Below are positions 24,648 to 35,912 of a stretch of DNA of 64,000 bases, in pieces. Numbering within the stretch: the stretch's first letter is position 1; every line of letters starts with the position of its first letter. Location: NCBI GenBank assembly GCA_963799485.1, contig CAWCXJ010000006.1, forward strand, positions 448,001 through 512,000, read 5' to 3'. Source of the DNA: an uncultured Trueperaceae bacterium (GTDB lineage Bacteria; Deinococcota; Deinococci; Deinococcales; Trueperaceae). A model generated the notes under the pieces. That model saw only the letters and a program-made list of their open reading frames with translations, ran no database searches and was not told the origin of the DNA. The position numbers and the translations under genes are program-made.

Positions 24648-25318
24648 GTGTGAGTAGGCCCGCTCTGGACGTCCTCGAGAAACGCGTGCTCGAGGCCAAA
24701 ACGCTTGAAACGATTCGCTGGGCGCTCGAGGGCTACCCCGACCTGCTGATGACGAGCGGCTTTAACCTAAACGGTACGGTGCTCGTTGACCTCGCCGTGC
24801 GCGCCGGGTTTCGCGGCGAACTGGTCTTTATCGACACCTTCTCGCATTTTCCCGAAACCTTGCAAACCAGAGACGAGATTGCGGTGCGTTATCCTGAAAT
24901 TACCCTGACGACGTTGACCCCAACAGCGTCGGACTTGCCCGCGTGCGGCGCGGCAAACTGCTGCACGGTGCGGAAAGTCGAACCGCTCAGGGCGTTTCTC
25001 GAGGCCAAAAAGCCCAGCGCCCTCCTGAGTGCCCGCAGCCGCTTTCAAAGTGAAACGCGGGCGATTCTCAACACGGTCGAAGACTCGGGCGACTATCTCA
25101 AGGTCAATCCGCTCGTCGACTGGACGCAAGAAGATTTGGAGACCTACGCCAAAGACTTCGAGCTGCCGGTCAATCCGCTCTACTGGCAGGGGTTCTTGAG
25201 CATCGGCTGCGCTCCGACCACGCGCGCGGTACGTGAGGGCGAAGATGTCCGCGCCGGTCGCTGGGAAGGTCAGGACAAAACCGAATGCGGGCTCTGGTGG
25301 GGTGAGAAGGCGGTCTAG
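24644..25318 (+). CDS. cysH: APS/PAPS reductase
   Basis: IDT..HF.ET, CC..RKVEPL, SIGC, GRW.G..KTECGL. Confidence 0.9.
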   Translation: MSVSRPALDVLEKRVLEAKTLETIRWALEGYPDLLMTSGFNLNGTVLVDLAVRAGFRGELVFIDTFSHFPETLQTRDEIAVRYPEITLTTLTPTASDLPACGAANCCTVRKVEPLRAFLEAKKPSALLSARSRFQSETRAILNTVEDSGDYLKVNPLVDWTQEDLETYAKDFELPVNPLYWQGFLSIGCAPTTRAVREGEDVRAGRWEGQDKTECGLWWGEKAV

Positions 25319-25355
25319 GTTTTAGACTTCACGCCCGCCGCGTTACACTAAGGTT

Positions 25356-25396
25356 CCGGACGAGACGCGCCGTACCCGGTTAAGACAAGACGACGC
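25356..25396 (+). ncRNA. Guanidine-III (ykkC-III) riboswitch
   Basis: CCGGACGAGACGCGCCGTACCCGGTTAAGACAAGACGACGC follows the ykkC-III pseudoknot pattern; directly upstream of the RBS of an SMR gene. Confidence 0.85.
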
Positions 25397-25417
25397 ACAG
25401 CTTTGAGGAGGTGCGCC

Positions 25418-25738
25418 GTGGCTTGGGTTTGGCTTATCATCGCAGGGTTTTTAGAAGTTGCCTGGGCGGTCGGGCTCAAATATACCGAAGGCTTTACGCG
25501 CCCCGCGCCGAGCGTACTGACAGCGCTGGCAATCGCAGGCAGCATGGTTCTACTTTCTGTGGCGACCAAAACACTGCCTATCGGGACGGCTTACGGGGTC
25601 TGGGTCGGTATCGGCGCATTCGGTGCCGGTCTACTCGGTATTGTCTTGTTCGGCGAAGCGGCGACGCCGGGCCGACTATTCTTTTTGGCGCTGCTCCTGG
25701 TTGCCGTTATCGGTCTCAAGGTGACGGGCGGCGCGTAA
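25418..25738 (+). CDS. sugE: SMR-family guanidinium exporter Gdx/SugE
   Basis: MAW..L.IAG.LEV.WA.GLK; LPIGTAYGVWVGIG; RBS GAGGAGG. Confidence 0.92.
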   Translation: MAWVWLIIAGFLEVAWAVGLKYTEGFTRPAPSVLTALAIAGSMVLLSVATKTLPIGTAYGVWVGIGAFGAGLLGIVLFGEAATPGRLFFLALLLVAVIGLKVTGGA

Positions 25739-25789
25739 TGCCTGAGGGGGGCGAAACCTGTAGAACGCTCTTAATAGTCCTCTAAATGG

Positions 25790-26053
25790 TGTTAAACCCC
25801 CGCCTCGAAGACGGGCGACGCTTCAGCGTGTAGATTGCGAAGATGGAGCGCTACAGCAAGGGAAGTCATACGCTCTACCACCACCGCTATCACCTGGTAT
25901 GGATCACGAAGTACCGCTACCGGGTGCTGCGGGGCGAGTTGCAGAGGCGAGTACACACGATCATCGCGCAAGTAGCTGAGGGGACAGGGGTCAAGATTCT
26001 GAACGGAGTCGTGTCGAGCGACCATAGCCACTTGTTTGTGTCGATTCCACCGC
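25790..26053 (+). mobile_element. IS200/IS605 TnpA 5' fragment with left-end hairpin, interrupted by IS5
   Basis: YHLVWITKYRY.VL...DH.HLFVSIPP (HUH). Confidence 0.82.
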
Positions 26054-26745
26054 TAAAAGCCCAAGTAGGTGAATACGGTAGAGCTATGAGCGATACCGAA
26101 CTCACAGATGAGCAGTGGAAAGTGCTCGAACCGCTGCTGCCTCCGCAACCCTCTACCGGACGCCGCCGGGAGCATGACCAAGAGGTGCTCAACAGCATCA
26201 TCTACCGGCTCAAGACAGGGATCAGGTATAAAGACTTACCCAAGACAGAGGAGTACGCAGCACGCAGCACGGTCTACTACTGGCTGAGGCGTTGGACAGA
26301 AGAAGGGGTGTGGGATGGGCTGTTCCAGAAACTCCTAGGGATACCCGACGAGGAGGGGAAGCTCAGTCTCGACGAGGGCGCATTAGACGGGAGCTTCGTC
26401 TCTGCAAAAAGGGGGGCGACAGCATCGACTATGGCTACAAAGCAAAGGGCTCAACCCTCTTAGTCGCTGGCGAAGCCCACGGCATTCCGGTCGCCTTATC
26501 TCTGGCGAGCACCAGCACCGCCGAATCAAGCGTTGCTCTCGCTGTGCTTGCAAAGATACGTGTGCCCAGACCAGGAAAGGGGCGCCCCAAAGCCCGTCTT
26601 TTAGAAATCGCTATGGACAAAGCCTATGACAGCCGTGACCGCCGGCGGTCGTTGCGGGCTCGGGGCATCCGCGCTGCCGTACCCGAAAGAAAGAGAAGCG
26701 GCAAGCGTCGCCGCAAGGGACCGAAGCCGAAATTGTACCCAGAAG
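26054..26745 (+). mobile_element. IS5-family transposase (two ORFs, A5G6 frameshift site ~26406), 3' truncated
   Basis: LTDEQW..LEPLLP (DUF4096-like), DGSFV.AKKGG, DKAYDS. Confidence 0.85.
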
Positions 26746-26912
26746 CTCACAACGACGATTTTCTAGGGGCCAAGGCAGTGGTGGTCAACCGGCTAACGCA
26801 GCAACTGCTCGAAAATTTTTCAGCGGACGGGGTTATTGATTGGGCCAAGCTGATTGAATACAACAGCGGGAATATTGATATCGGCAAGCTCGATGTTCGG
26901 ACCATGCCGTAA
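26746..26912 (+). pseudogene. C-terminal fragment resembling PmeII-type type II restriction endonucleases
   Basis: NRLTQQLLENFSADGVIDWAKLIEYNSG resembles, from memory, the IDW.KL..FNSG C-terminus of that family. Confidence 0.4.
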
Positions 26913-27097
26913 AGAGCAAAGCGGAGTTAGCTTCCGCCCGTTTTTCGCCGTTGGAACCGCCGAAAACCCGCAGCGTCAGCTGCCGGACGTACAAGCGGCA
27001 CCGCTTAACCACTTAAGCAGACGCTTTCGCCGTAAAATCCACTATCTCGTCTGTAACCCTGCGCCCGAGTAACAACCTGATACTTGCCTTCGCTTCT

Positions 27098-27658
27098 CTA
27101 CGCTTCGCGCAAATCTAGCCCGTTAAAGCGCCCCATCGCTGCCTCTTGCCCTTCTTGAAGAAGCAGCTCCACCGCGTCCGCAGCCGCGCCGACGACCGCG
27201 CGCAGTAGAGGCTGCTCCGCTTCCCTAAACCGACTCAGTACCCAGTTTTCGACCTTCCAGTTTTCGGGCGGCCTCGAGATACCCACCTTAAGCCGCGTAA
27301 ACTCCGGCCCGATCCGGCGAATCGTGTCGGCGACGCCGCGTTGTCCGCCTGCGCTGCCGCCACTTCGCAGGCGCAACCGTCCCAAAGGCAGGTCGAGGTC
27401 GTCGTGAACCACGAGCAGTTCGGCAGGGGAGAGCCTGAGCCGGGTCAGCGCGGCCTGAACTGCCGCGCCCGAGGCGTTCATAAAGGTCATGGGTTTAAGC
27501 AGTGTGAGGCCGTCCCACTTCACTTCATCCATCTGTTTGCCCTTGCGAAAAGTTAGCCCGTGACGACGTGCGAGTTCGTCAAGCACGAGAAACCCGGCGT
27601 TGTGCCGGGTTCTCATGTACTGTGGGCCGGGGTTGCCGAGCCCGACGACTATTTTGAT
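27098..27658 (-). CDS. pth: Peptidyl-tRNA hydrolase (start codon uncertain)
   Basis: VGLGNPG..Y..TRHNAGF, KP.TFMN.SG, HDDLD, GSAGG. Confidence 0.95.
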   Translation of the reverse strand: MKIVVGLGNPGPQYMRTRHNAGFLVLDELARRHGLTFRKGKQMDEVKWDGLTLLKPMTFMNASGAAVQAALTRLRLSPAELLVVHDDLDLPLGRLRLRSGGSAGGQRGVADTIRRIGPEFTRLKVGISRPPENWKVENWVLSRFREAEQPLLRAVVGAAADAVELLLQEGQEAAMGRFNGLDLREA

Positions 27659-27659
27659 G

Positions 27660-28301
27660 CTATCCGGCAGCGTCTGCCTCGTCGCTGCTTTCACCTTCAC
27701 CGTCTTCACCGATGACTTCGGGTTCGGCGGCTTCCGCTTCGACCGGCTCGGCGGGTTCTTCGACGCGCGGCGGCAAGATGGCGATAACCGTTTCTTCAGG
27801 GTTGTCCAAAACTTCCGCTTGTGACGGCAGTTGGTCGATAACGTCGCTCAGGTGTAGCGCGTGACCGATCTCGAGCCCACTGACATCGACCTCGAGGTGT
27901 TCTTTTGGAATAAAACGCGGCAAAACGCGAATTCGCACTTCACGGCGCTGCACGTCGGTCTGGCCCCCTGCTTTGGCCCCTGCCGCAGTCCCGACAAACT
28001 CGAGTGGCACCGCAACCTCGACGGGCTGGTTCGCCGAAACCGCAAAAAAGTCGATGTGGATCGGTTGACGGCGGCGTTTGTCCATCTGCACGGCCCGAAC
28101 CAGCACGTCGTGTTCTTCGCCGTCGATGTCCAGATTGATAACGTTCGAGGTGCCCTGACTACGAAACGCTTTATCGAATTCGCGTAGCTCGAGGCTGACC
28201 GGGATATTGGTCTCTTTGTTGTAAACTACACCGGGTAAACGGCCCGCCTTGATCAGGTCGGTGGCGTTTCCGGGGGTACGCTTCTGGGCGGCTACTTTCA
28301 T
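27660..28301 (-). CDS. rplY: 50S ribosomal protein L25/Ctc
   Basis: GRLPGVVY, HIDF, Ctc-type C-terminal extension. Confidence 0.95.
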   Translation of the reverse strand: MKVAAQKRTPGNATDLIKAGRLPGVVYNKETNIPVSLELREFDKAFRSQGTSNVINLDIDGEEHDVLVRAVQMDKRRRQPIHIDFFAVSANQPVEVAVPLEFVGTAAGAKAGGQTDVQRREVRIRVLPRFIPKEHLEVDVSGLEIGHALHLSDVIDQLPSQAEVLDNPEETVIAILPPRVEEPAEPVEAEAAEPEVIGEDGEGESSDEADAAG

Positions 28302-28323
28302 AGTGTTCTCCTACTAAGGCTGG

Positions 28324-29265
28324 TCAAACGGGAAAGAGCGAACTAACCGAAGTGTTGTCGTGAACATTGCGGATGGCGCTCGCAATCAGCCCGGCAACGG
28401 ACAAGACTTTGATTTTGGCGAGGTCGCCGTGGTACGGCACGGTATCGGTTATATAAACTTCACTGATGGCGGGGTGGGCGAGGCGCTCTAGTGCGGGCGG
28501 CGTAAAGACGGGGTGTGTGGCGACGACCCGCACGTCGGGCTGCGCGCCGAGTTCTAAAAGCGCGTCGACGGCCATCTTGATCGTCCCGGCGGTTGAAATC
28601 ATATCGTCGGCGATAATCGCGCGCATCCCCTCGACGTCGCCGATGACGTGCGTCAGGCTCGTTTCGGTAGGGCTGTTACGGCGTTTATACAAAATGGCGA
28701 TAGGCAGCCCCAAATGATTGGCGAGCCGCCGCGCTTCGGTCGCGCGGCCCACGTCCGGCGAGACGACGACGGTATCGCTGAGGTCTTGTTGCTCCAGATG
28801 CTTGCCTAAAATGCCGAGCGCGGTCAGGTGATCGACCGGCACGTCGAAAAAACCTTGAACTTGTCCGGCGTGGAGGTCAACGGCGATCACCCGGTCGACG
28901 CCTGCTTTCTCGAGCAAATTCGCCACGAGTTTGCCGGTGATAGGTTCACGCGGTTGGATTTTTTTGTCCTGCCGGGCGTAGCCGAAATACGGAATGACCG
29001 CGTTGATCCGCCACGCCGAAGCGCGCCGGAGCGCGTCGACGAAGACGAGCAGTTCCATCAAATTGTGGTTGACCGGCGAACAGGTCGACTGCACGATGTA
29101 GCAGTCTGCGCCGCGAACCGACTCGTCGATCAAAACGCGCGTTTCACCGTCGGGAAAGCTCGTTGCCCAGCCTTTAGAGAGCGTGCTGCCCAGATGCCTG
29201 GCAACCGACGCCGCCAAGTCGGGGGTCGCGCTACCGCAAAAGATACGTACTTCGTCACCAATCAC
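28324..29265 (-). CDS. prs: Ribose-phosphate pyrophosphokinase
   Basis: FPDGE, PYFGYARQD, DLHAGQ, DDMISTAGT. Confidence 0.97.
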   Translation of the reverse strand: MIGDEVRIFCGSATPDLAASVARHLGSTLSKGWATSFPDGETRVLIDESVRGADCYIVQSTCSPVNHNLMELLVFVDALRRASAWRINAVIPYFGYARQDKKIQPREPITGKLVANLLEKAGVDRVIAVDLHAGQVQGFFDVPVDHLTALGILGKHLEQQDLSDTVVVSPDVGRATEARRLANHLGLPIAILYKRRNSPTETSLTHVIGDVEGMRAIIADDMISTAGTIKMAVDALLELGAQPDVRVVATHPVFTPPALERLAHPAISEVYITDTVPYHGDLAKIKVLSVAGLIASAIRNVHDNTSVSSLFPV

Positions 29266-29770
29266 CGGCTGACCTCACGGGTAACGCCCTGTATAAAGCC
29301 AAGGCTGACCCGGCTGAGTACGGGTGTTTTTAGGGGATAAACCAAGGCTGACCTCACAAGCGTCCCAAAATGTCACACAAAAAAGCTGCCCAAGGTGAGC
29401 AGAGTGCCAAAGGGGAGTATACACAAAAAAGCCGGTTCGGGGCAATGAAGTGTACGCAAGTTTAGCTTGCGCCGTGGTTTTAAGGTGAGTTCTCGAGCAC
29501 AACGCCGAATATACGAAGATGTGCCGCCCGGGTTTATCTTCGTCACACCTAAGTCGTTTTGCAAAACTTTGTGACCACCGTAAACTGACCGTACAAAAAC
29601 TCTTGCTGCGCGAACTGCCCAGAAACACCTCACGAACATTCCCGTCCACGCGACGCCGGTTACTAAGTGCCACAAATACTTCAGCGCTACAAAGACTTGT
29701 GTAAACGGCGTGAGCCAAGCATAAAACAGCGCCCGACGAGATAGTGGACGCTGCCTGCTCTTAATGCCGA

Positions 29771-31441
29771 CTATCTCGCGTACTGCACGGCTCTCGACTC
29801 GCGCACGACCGTAACCTGCACCTGCCCCGGATACTCCATATCCTGCTCGATGCGGTTGGCGATGTCGCGGGCCAACAAGACTGCCGAGGCGTCGTCAACT
29901 TTTTCAGGTTCGACAATGATGCGGATTTCGCGGCCTGCTTGGATGGCATACGACTTTTCGACGCCGGGGAAGCTCGTGGCAATGGTTTCCAGACCCTCGA
30001 GCCGTTTCAAATAGCTTTCCAAACTTTCGCGCCGCGCCCCCGGACGCGCCGCGCTGATGGCGTCGGCGGCGGCGACGATAATCGGATAGAGCGTTTCGGC
30101 AAGCTCCAGCTCGTGATGGTTGGCAACCGCGTCTAACACCTCTTGGGGTTCACCGAAACGCCGCGCTAAGTTCGCACCGATTTCGGTGTGGGTTCCCTCG
30201 ATCTCACGGTCGATGGATTTGCCGATGTCATGCAGAAGTCCGGCGCGCCTCGCGAGCGCCTCATCGAGCCCGATTTCAGCGGCGATGATGCCCGTCATGT
30301 GGGCGACCTGGACAGAATGTTTAAGGACGTTTTGCCCATACGAGGTGCGAAAATGCATCCGGCCTAGAAGTTGTAGCATCCCCGGTTTGAGCCCGACGAC
30401 GTTGGCTTCCAAAGCGGCCTCGTCACCGCGTTCACGGATATAGCCCTGCATGTCGTTTTGCGCTTTGTGCACGGTTTCTTCGATGCGGGCCGGGTGAATA
30501 CGTCCGTCGGTGACGAGTTCGGTCAGCGCAAGTTTGGCGACCTCGCGGCGTATGGGATTAAACGAGCTTAAGAGGACGGCCTCGGGTGTGTCGTCGATAA
30601 TCAGGTCGACGCCGGTCAACGATTCAAATGCCCGGATATTGCGCCCCTCACGTCCGATGATACGGCCCTTCATCGCGTCGCTGGGAATCGGCACGACCGA
30701 CACACTGATCGCCGCCGAGACCTCGCTGGCGCTCCGCTGGATAGCCTGCGCGATGATATTGGTGCTTTTGCGTTTCGCCTCGGCGTCGGCCTTGTCGAGT
30801 TCGGCGCGGATACGCACGGCTTTTTCGCGCTCGAGTTCACTGCCGAGTTGGTTCATGATGATTTCGGTTGCGCTTTCGCGGGTCAGCTGGGCTATTTCAT
30901 AAAGCCTGGTTTCGATTTCGCTGCGTTGCCGCGCCAGCTCGCCCGCTTGCACCTTGAGCGCGTCTGCACGTTCGTCGAGCTGCGTTTCGACGTCGTCGAG
31001 TTTAAGCGCCCGCGTGTCCTGCTGTTCGCCGCGCCGGGTCAGGCGCTCTTCGGTCAAATCGAGACGTTCGCGGTCACGGCGGAGTTCGTCTCTCGCCTCG
31101 CGGATACGCTCCCCTTCACGTTGCACCTCGTTTTGAATACGACCCAAGTCGAGTTCGGCAGTCTGCCGCTCACGTGCAAGGTCGGCTTGCAGCGCGTTTC
31201 GGGCACGCACCGCCTCGTCCTCGAGTCTCGCCCTGGCTCCCTCGAGCAGTTCGTCGCGCTGCCTCTGTGCGCCCTGCAAAACGCGCTGCACTTCGTCTTG
31301 AGCGCTGCGCCGGAGCGCGTCGGCTTCGGCCTGGGCGCGTACCAGCAGTTCCGTATCGCGCCGCTGCCGCAGTAAAAACCCGACTGCGCCGCCGATTGCG
31401 AGTCCCAAAAAGAGGAGCAAGACGCCTACAAACACGCTCAT
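29771..31441 (-). CDS. rny: Ribonuclease Y
   Basis: N-terminal TM, coiled coil, KH ([10 protein letters not shown]), HD domain. Confidence 0.97.
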   Translation of the reverse strand: MSVFVGVLLLFLGLAIGGAVGFLLRQRRDTELLVRAQAEADALRRSAQDEVQRVLQGAQRQRDELLEGARARLEDEAVRARNALQADLARERQTAELDLGRIQNEVQREGERIREARDELRRDRERLDLTEERLTRRGEQQDTRALKLDDVETQLDERADALKVQAGELARQRSEIETRLYEIAQLTRESATEIIMNQLGSELEREKAVRIRAELDKADAEAKRKSTNIIAQAIQRSASEVSAAISVSVVPIPSDAMKGRIIGREGRNIRAFESLTGVDLIIDDTPEAVLLSSFNPIRREVAKLALTELVTDGRIHPARIEETVHKAQNDMQGYIRERGDEAALEANVVGLKPGMLQLLGRMHFRTSYGQNVLKHSVQVAHMTGIIAAEIGLDEALARRAGLLHDIGKSIDREIEGTHTEIGANLARRFGEPQEVLDAVANHHELELAETLYPIIVAAADAISAARPGARRESLESYLKRLEGLETIATSFPGVEKSYAIQAGREIRIIVEPEKVDDASAVLLARDIANRIEQDMEYPGQVQVTVVRESRAVQYAR

Positions 31442-32484
31442 CCCGGTTCACCCTCGGCTACCTTAGCCCCCCCCACCACGTCGACGACCCGTTGCCGAAT
31501 GGTGTCAATCAGCCCGGGCTGGTCTTGCAGATACGCGGAAGCTTTTTCCTTGCCTTGCCCGATGGTCACCCCGTCGTACTTGTAAAACGAGCCCGACTTC
31601 TGGATGATGTCTAGGTCGCTGGCAATGTTGATCAAATCCCCTACCTTGTCGATGCCGCGCCCGAACATGATCTCGACCTCGGCTTCCTTAAACGGCGGCG
31701 CCACCTTGTTCTTGGTCACCTTGATGCGCGTCTGATTGCCCACCTTGTCGGTTCCCGACTTGACGTCGCCTTTACGCCGGACTTCCATCCGGATCGACGA
31801 GTAGAACTTGAGTGCCCGTCCCCCCGGCGTGGTTTCGGGGTTGCCGTACATCACGCCGATCTTCTCCCGAATCTGGTTGATGAATATCGCGGTGGTGTGA
31901 CTCTTCGATAACACACCGGTCAGCTTCCTGAGCGCTTGACTCATCAAGCGGGCTTGTAACCCTACATGCGTGTCGCCCATCTCGCCTTCGATTTCAGCGC
32001 GTGGGACCAAGGCGGCGACACTATCGACGACGATGACGTCGACGGCACCCGAACGAACCAGCAACTCGGTAATCTCCAACGCTTGCTCGCCGGTGTCGGG
32101 TTGCGAGACCAACAGCTCGTCGGTATCGACGCCCAAGGCTTTGGCGTACCCGGGGTCTAAGGCGTGTTCGGCGTCGACGAAGGCGGCTACGCCACCCGCC
32201 CGCTGCGCCTCGGCGATGATATGCAGACTTAGCGTCGTTTTACCGCCGGACTCGGGGCCGTAAACTTCGATGATGCGGCCGCGCGGGACGCCGCCGATAC
32301 CGAGTGCCAGATCGACCGACATCGAACCCGTGGAGATAACCCCCTGGGTCAAGATGCCCAAATCGTCGCCCAAACGCATGATCGCGCCTTTGCCGAACTG
32401 TTTCTCGATCTGGGTGAGCGTGGTCTCGAGGCTTTTCTGTCTCTGCATATCTTGCTGCGATTCCAATTTTGGTTCCTGTGCCAT
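31438..32484 (-). CDS. recA: Recombinase RecA
   Basis: [31 protein letters not shown]. Confidence 0.99.
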   Translation of the reverse strand: MAQEPKLESQQDMQRQKSLETTLTQIEKQFGKGAIMRLGDDLGILTQGVISTGSMSVDLALGIGGVPRGRIIEVYGPESGGKTTLSLHIIAEAQRAGGVAAFVDAEHALDPGYAKALGVDTDELLVSQPDTGEQALEITELLVRSGAVDVIVVDSVAALVPRAEIEGEMGDTHVGLQARLMSQALRKLTGVLSKSHTTAIFINQIREKIGVMYGNPETTPGGRALKFYSSIRMEVRRKGDVKSGTDKVGNQTRIKVTKNKVAPPFKEAEVEIMFGRGIDKVGDLINIASDLDIIQKSGSFYKYDGVTIGQGKEKASAYLQDQPGLIDTIRQRVVDVVGGAKVAEGEPG

Positions 32485-32512
32485 ATGGCCTCCTAAAAAT
32501 CGTGTTGTGCGT

Positions 32513-33757
32513 TTAAGCGTTAAGCACCGCCCAGAGCAGCGAAAGCGCCGCAAAAGCCGCACGTTCGCGTACCCAGTTGCGCTCCAAAGGCGGAAGCTGC
32601 AAGCTCCTCACCCTTGAGCACCCGTCCGAACGACGAAACACCGCAAGATGAAGCTCCCCGACGGGCTTCGCCTCGCTACTGTCCGGCCCGGCTACCCCCG
32701 TTGTCGCCAGCCCGTAATCACTTGAAAAACGTGTTGTAGCAGCCTCGGCCATCGCCAGAGCAGTCTCGGCGGAGACCGCGCCGTGCGCCGCTAGAAGCGT
32801 TTCAGGCACGCCGAAAGCTGCCTTTTGCTGCGCCCTGTATGCTACCACGCCGCCCTCATACGCTGCCGACGCTCCCGCAACCGACGTAAGCAAATCACCT
32901 AAAAGTCCACCGGTTAGAGATTCCATCGTTGCCAGCGTCTGGCCTTTAACTTTCAGTTTGTCCAAAATAACGGCGGCGAGTTCGTCGTCGTCTTCGCCCC
33001 AGAGCTTGTCCTCTATCAGGTTGCGCACCTTGCTCTCGACTTCGGCAGCTCCGGCCTTTGCCGCCTCGGGGGTGTCGGCTTTGGCGGCGACGCGCACCTG
33101 TACACCGTCGCGTTTGGCGTAGGTCGCCACGCTCGGATTGGCTCCGTCGGTCAAGTATCCGAGCCGCTCGGCAACCGCCGACTCACCGATGTTATGCGTC
33201 TTGAAGGTTTTGCTGTATAAGGCGGCAGGGGGCAACTCGAGCCGCCTCGCCGCTTCATTTAGCCACATCGGTTTGAGTTCGCGCGGCGGCCCCGGCAAAG
33301 CAATCATCCATTTACGCGTACCGTTCCTTTGTGTCCGAACAAACCACCCCGGCGCAGTCCCTTGCGGGTTGGGGAGCGCCTCGGCTGAGGGAATGAGCCA
33401 CGCCTGTTTGAGGTTTTTTTCAGGAAACTCGCGCATTCCGTAGGCCATAAAACGTTCACGGAGAACGTTTTCCAGCTCGGCGTCGACCGCAGGCGTCTCG
33501 CCAACGACTGCTGCAATGGCCTCACGGGTCAGGTCGTCGTCGGTCGGGCCTAGACCGCCGCACATAATTACCACGTCGCTGCGTTTTAGAGCTTGCTCGA
33601 GCGCCAGCTCGACCCGTTCCAGATTGTCGCCGACGCGCTGCGACCACAAGATGTCGACGCCCCGCCGGGCCAAATCGGCGGCTAGAAAAGTGCTGTTGGT
33701 ATCGACGATTTCGCCGAGTAAAAGTTCAGTGCCAACGCTTAAGAGTTCTGCAACCAT
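32513..33757 (-). CDS. cinA: Competence/damage-inducible protein A
   Basis: [33 protein letters not shown]. Confidence 0.95.
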   Translation of the reverse strand: MVAELLSVGTELLLGEIVDTNSTFLAADLARRGVDILWSQRVGDNLERVELALEQALKRSDVVIMCGGLGPTDDDLTREAIAAVVGETPAVDAELENVLRERFMAYGMREFPEKNLKQAWLIPSAEALPNPQGTAPGWFVRTQRNGTRKWMIALPGPPRELKPMWLNEAARRLELPPAALYSKTFKTHNIGESAVAERLGYLTDGANPSVATYAKRDGVQVRVAAKADTPEAAKAGAAEVESKVRNLIEDKLWGEDDDELAAVILDKLKVKGQTLATMESLTGGLLGDLLTSVAGASAAYEGGVVAYRAQQKAAFGVPETLLAAHGAVSAETALAMAEAATTRFSSDYGLATTGVAGPDSSEAKPVGELHLAVFRRSDGCSRVRSLQLPPLERNWVRERAAFAALSLLWAVLNA

Positions 33758-33975
33758 GCAGCCCAGCATACAGGCGTCGTTAGCGTTTAGGCGCGCGCCA
33801 CCTTGCCAAAAGTTTGCCTTACCGGGGGTGCTTTGGCGGGCAACTCGCGCGTCTCGAGGCTGACTGGGGCAATTGCGGCTCCCCCATACATAAAGCTCCG
33901 GGAGTGCGGTGCTACCATAGCGTTAGTGACTTTAGTGCTACCCTCAAAACCCTCTTATCACAGTTTGGGAGACCT

Positions 33976-35418
33976 ATGACTGCAACAAAGGTAACAACTT
34001 TAGGTGAACTCCGCGCGACCCCCTGGGCAACCCGGGCGGGCCGCAGCGTCAAACAAGAACTCCGCGACAACCTCATCTGCCGTTTGCGCGAACATCGCCC
34101 GATATTTCCCGGCATCGTCGGTTACGAATCGACCGTAACGCCGCAAGTCGTCAACGCCGTTTTAAGCCGTCACAACTTTATCTTGCTGGGGCTGCGCGGT
34201 CAGGCCAAAACCCGCATTTTGCGGCAACTTACCGATCTGCTCGACCCCGAAATCCCGGTTTTAGCCGACAGTGAACTTAACGACGACCCTTTTGCCCCTA
34301 TCAGCGGCGAGGGCAAACGCCTCGTTGCCGAGCAAGGCGACGACGCCCGTGTCGCGTGGCTTCCCAAAGACGCCCGTTACGTCGAAAAACTGGCGACGCC
34401 GGATGTGACGGTCGCCGACATCATAGGTGACGTCGACCCGATCAAGGCCGCCAAACTCGGTGTACCGCTAGGGGACGAGCGCAGCATCTTGTACGGGCTG
34501 TTGCCACGTGCAAACCGGGGCATTTTCTCGATGAACGAGCTTCCCGACCTTTCCGGTAAGGTGCAGGTCGCCTTGTTTAACATCATGCAAGAGGGCGACG
34601 TGCAGATTAAGGGCTATCCGATCCGTTTGCCGCTCGACGTGATGCTGGTGTTTTCGGCAAACCCCGAAGACTACACGGCTAGGGGCAAAATCATCACGCC
34701 ACTTAAAGACCGCGTAGGTTCCGAAGTTCGGACGCACTACCCGGCAACTGTCGAAGAAGGCATGGCGATTACCGCGCAAGAAGCGTGGACCGACCGCGAG
34801 CAAGCGGTCAACGTTCCTGACTTTATCGCTGAAATTGCCGAAGAGGTCGCGTTTGTGGCCCGTGACGACTCCCGGGTGGACAAGCACTCGGGCGTTTCGC
34901 AGCGTCTGCCGATCAGTTTGTTGGAAAACATCGTCAGCAACGCCGAACGCCGCGCCTACACGCTGGGCGAAGACCAGCCGATTGCCCGCGTGACCGATCT
35001 TTACGGCGCGCTCGGGGCCGTGACAGGCAAGCTCGAGCTCGAGTACGAAGGTGAACTCAAAGGCGGCGAAGCGGTCGCTCGTGACATCGTGCGCCGCGCT
35101 ATCGGGCAGGTCTACAGCCGCCGCGCCGTAAACGCCGAAACTGCCGAAATTACCGACTATTTCGAGTCGGACAACAACCTCAAAGTTCCCGACACCGTGC
35201 CGACCGCGCAGCTCGTGAACGTTTTCGGGCAGGTACCGGGTCTCGTCGGCGCGGCCCGCGAACTCTCCGGCAGCCGTAACCCGCAAGACGTGGCGGTCGC
35301 TGCCGAGTTTATCTTGGAGGGTTTATACGCCCGCAAACAGGTCGCAAGAAGCGAGGAGCGCGGTTACAGCGCCGCCGAACCCGAGCTGGCGCGCCCGACC
35401 AGGCAGCGCTGGAATTAA
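33976..35418 (+). CDS. Mg-chelatase/MoxR-like AAA+ ATPase
   Basis: [22 protein letters not shown]. Confidence 0.88.
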   Translation: MTATKVTTLGELRATPWATRAGRSVKQELRDNLICRLREHRPIFPGIVGYESTVTPQVVNAVLSRHNFILLGLRGQAKTRILRQLTDLLDPEIPVLADSELNDDPFAPISGEGKRLVAEQGDDARVAWLPKDARYVEKLATPDVTVADIIGDVDPIKAAKLGVPLGDERSILYGLLPRANRGIFSMNELPDLSGKVQVALFNIMQEGDVQIKGYPIRLPLDVMLVFSANPEDYTARGKIITPLKDRVGSEVRTHYPATVEEGMAITAQEAWTDREQAVNVPDFIAEIAEEVAFVARDDSRVDKHSGVSQRLPISLLENIVSNAERRAYTLGEDQPIARVTDLYGALGAVTGKLELEYEGELKGGEAVARDIVRRAIGQVYSRRAVNAETAEITDYFESDNNLKVPDTVPTAQLVNVFGQVPGLVGAARELSGSRNPQDVAVAAEFILEGLYARKQVARSEERGYSAAEPELARPTRQRWN

Positions 35419-35419
35419 G

Positions 35420-35890
35420 GTGGAACTGGAACCTGCCGTCAAAAAAGGGCTGAGTGGCGCGTTCAGCACGTATGCTGGTCGTATGCATCAGCTTGCAGAG
35501 ATGCTCTCTGACGAGCAGTTTTGGACTAGACCCTATCCGTATGGCAACAGCTTCGGGCATTTAGTTCTCCACCTGCCCGGCAATCTAAACGAGTACCTTG
35601 GTAAAAAGATTGCCGGAACGGGTTACGTGCGCGACCGCGAACGCAAGTTTACAGATACAACAAGACCAGCCAAAGAAGACGTGCTTGCAGCCTTTAACCC
35701 TACTGTTGAGATGATTTTGGCGACGCTCGAGGCTCAAACAGCTGAAACTATGGGTTTGCTACCCGCCGACACCGAAGGTGAACATTTCAGTAATCGTAGC
35801 CGCTTCAGCGCTTTCCTTCACTGCGTGTCACACCTTCACGTCGGTCAGATGATCTGCCTCGAGAAAGAACTGCAAAGGAGCGCCAGCTAG
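35420..35890 (+). CDS. DinB/DUF1572-family protein
   Basis: NS.GHL..HL.GNL, RDR..F, H.GQ. Confidence 0.75.
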   Translation: MELEPAVKKGLSGAFSTYAGRMHQLAEMLSDEQFWTRPYPYGNSFGHLVLHLPGNLNEYLGKKIAGTGYVRDRERKFTDTTRPAKEDVLAAFNPTVEMILATLEAQTAETMGLLPADTEGEHFSNRSRFSAFLHCVSHLHVGQMICLEKELQRSAS

Positions 35891-35912
35891 GAGAATATCT
35901 CCAAGGAGAGCT

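Noticed and set aside
33760..33960. RDRM (DdrO) box upstream of cinA-recA
   Set aside because: No convincing 17-bp palindrome seen.
34468..35286. 272-aa antisense ORF (also 42732-43544 and 4517-5143)
   Set aside because: Antisense shadows of well-supported genes, caused by codon bias.
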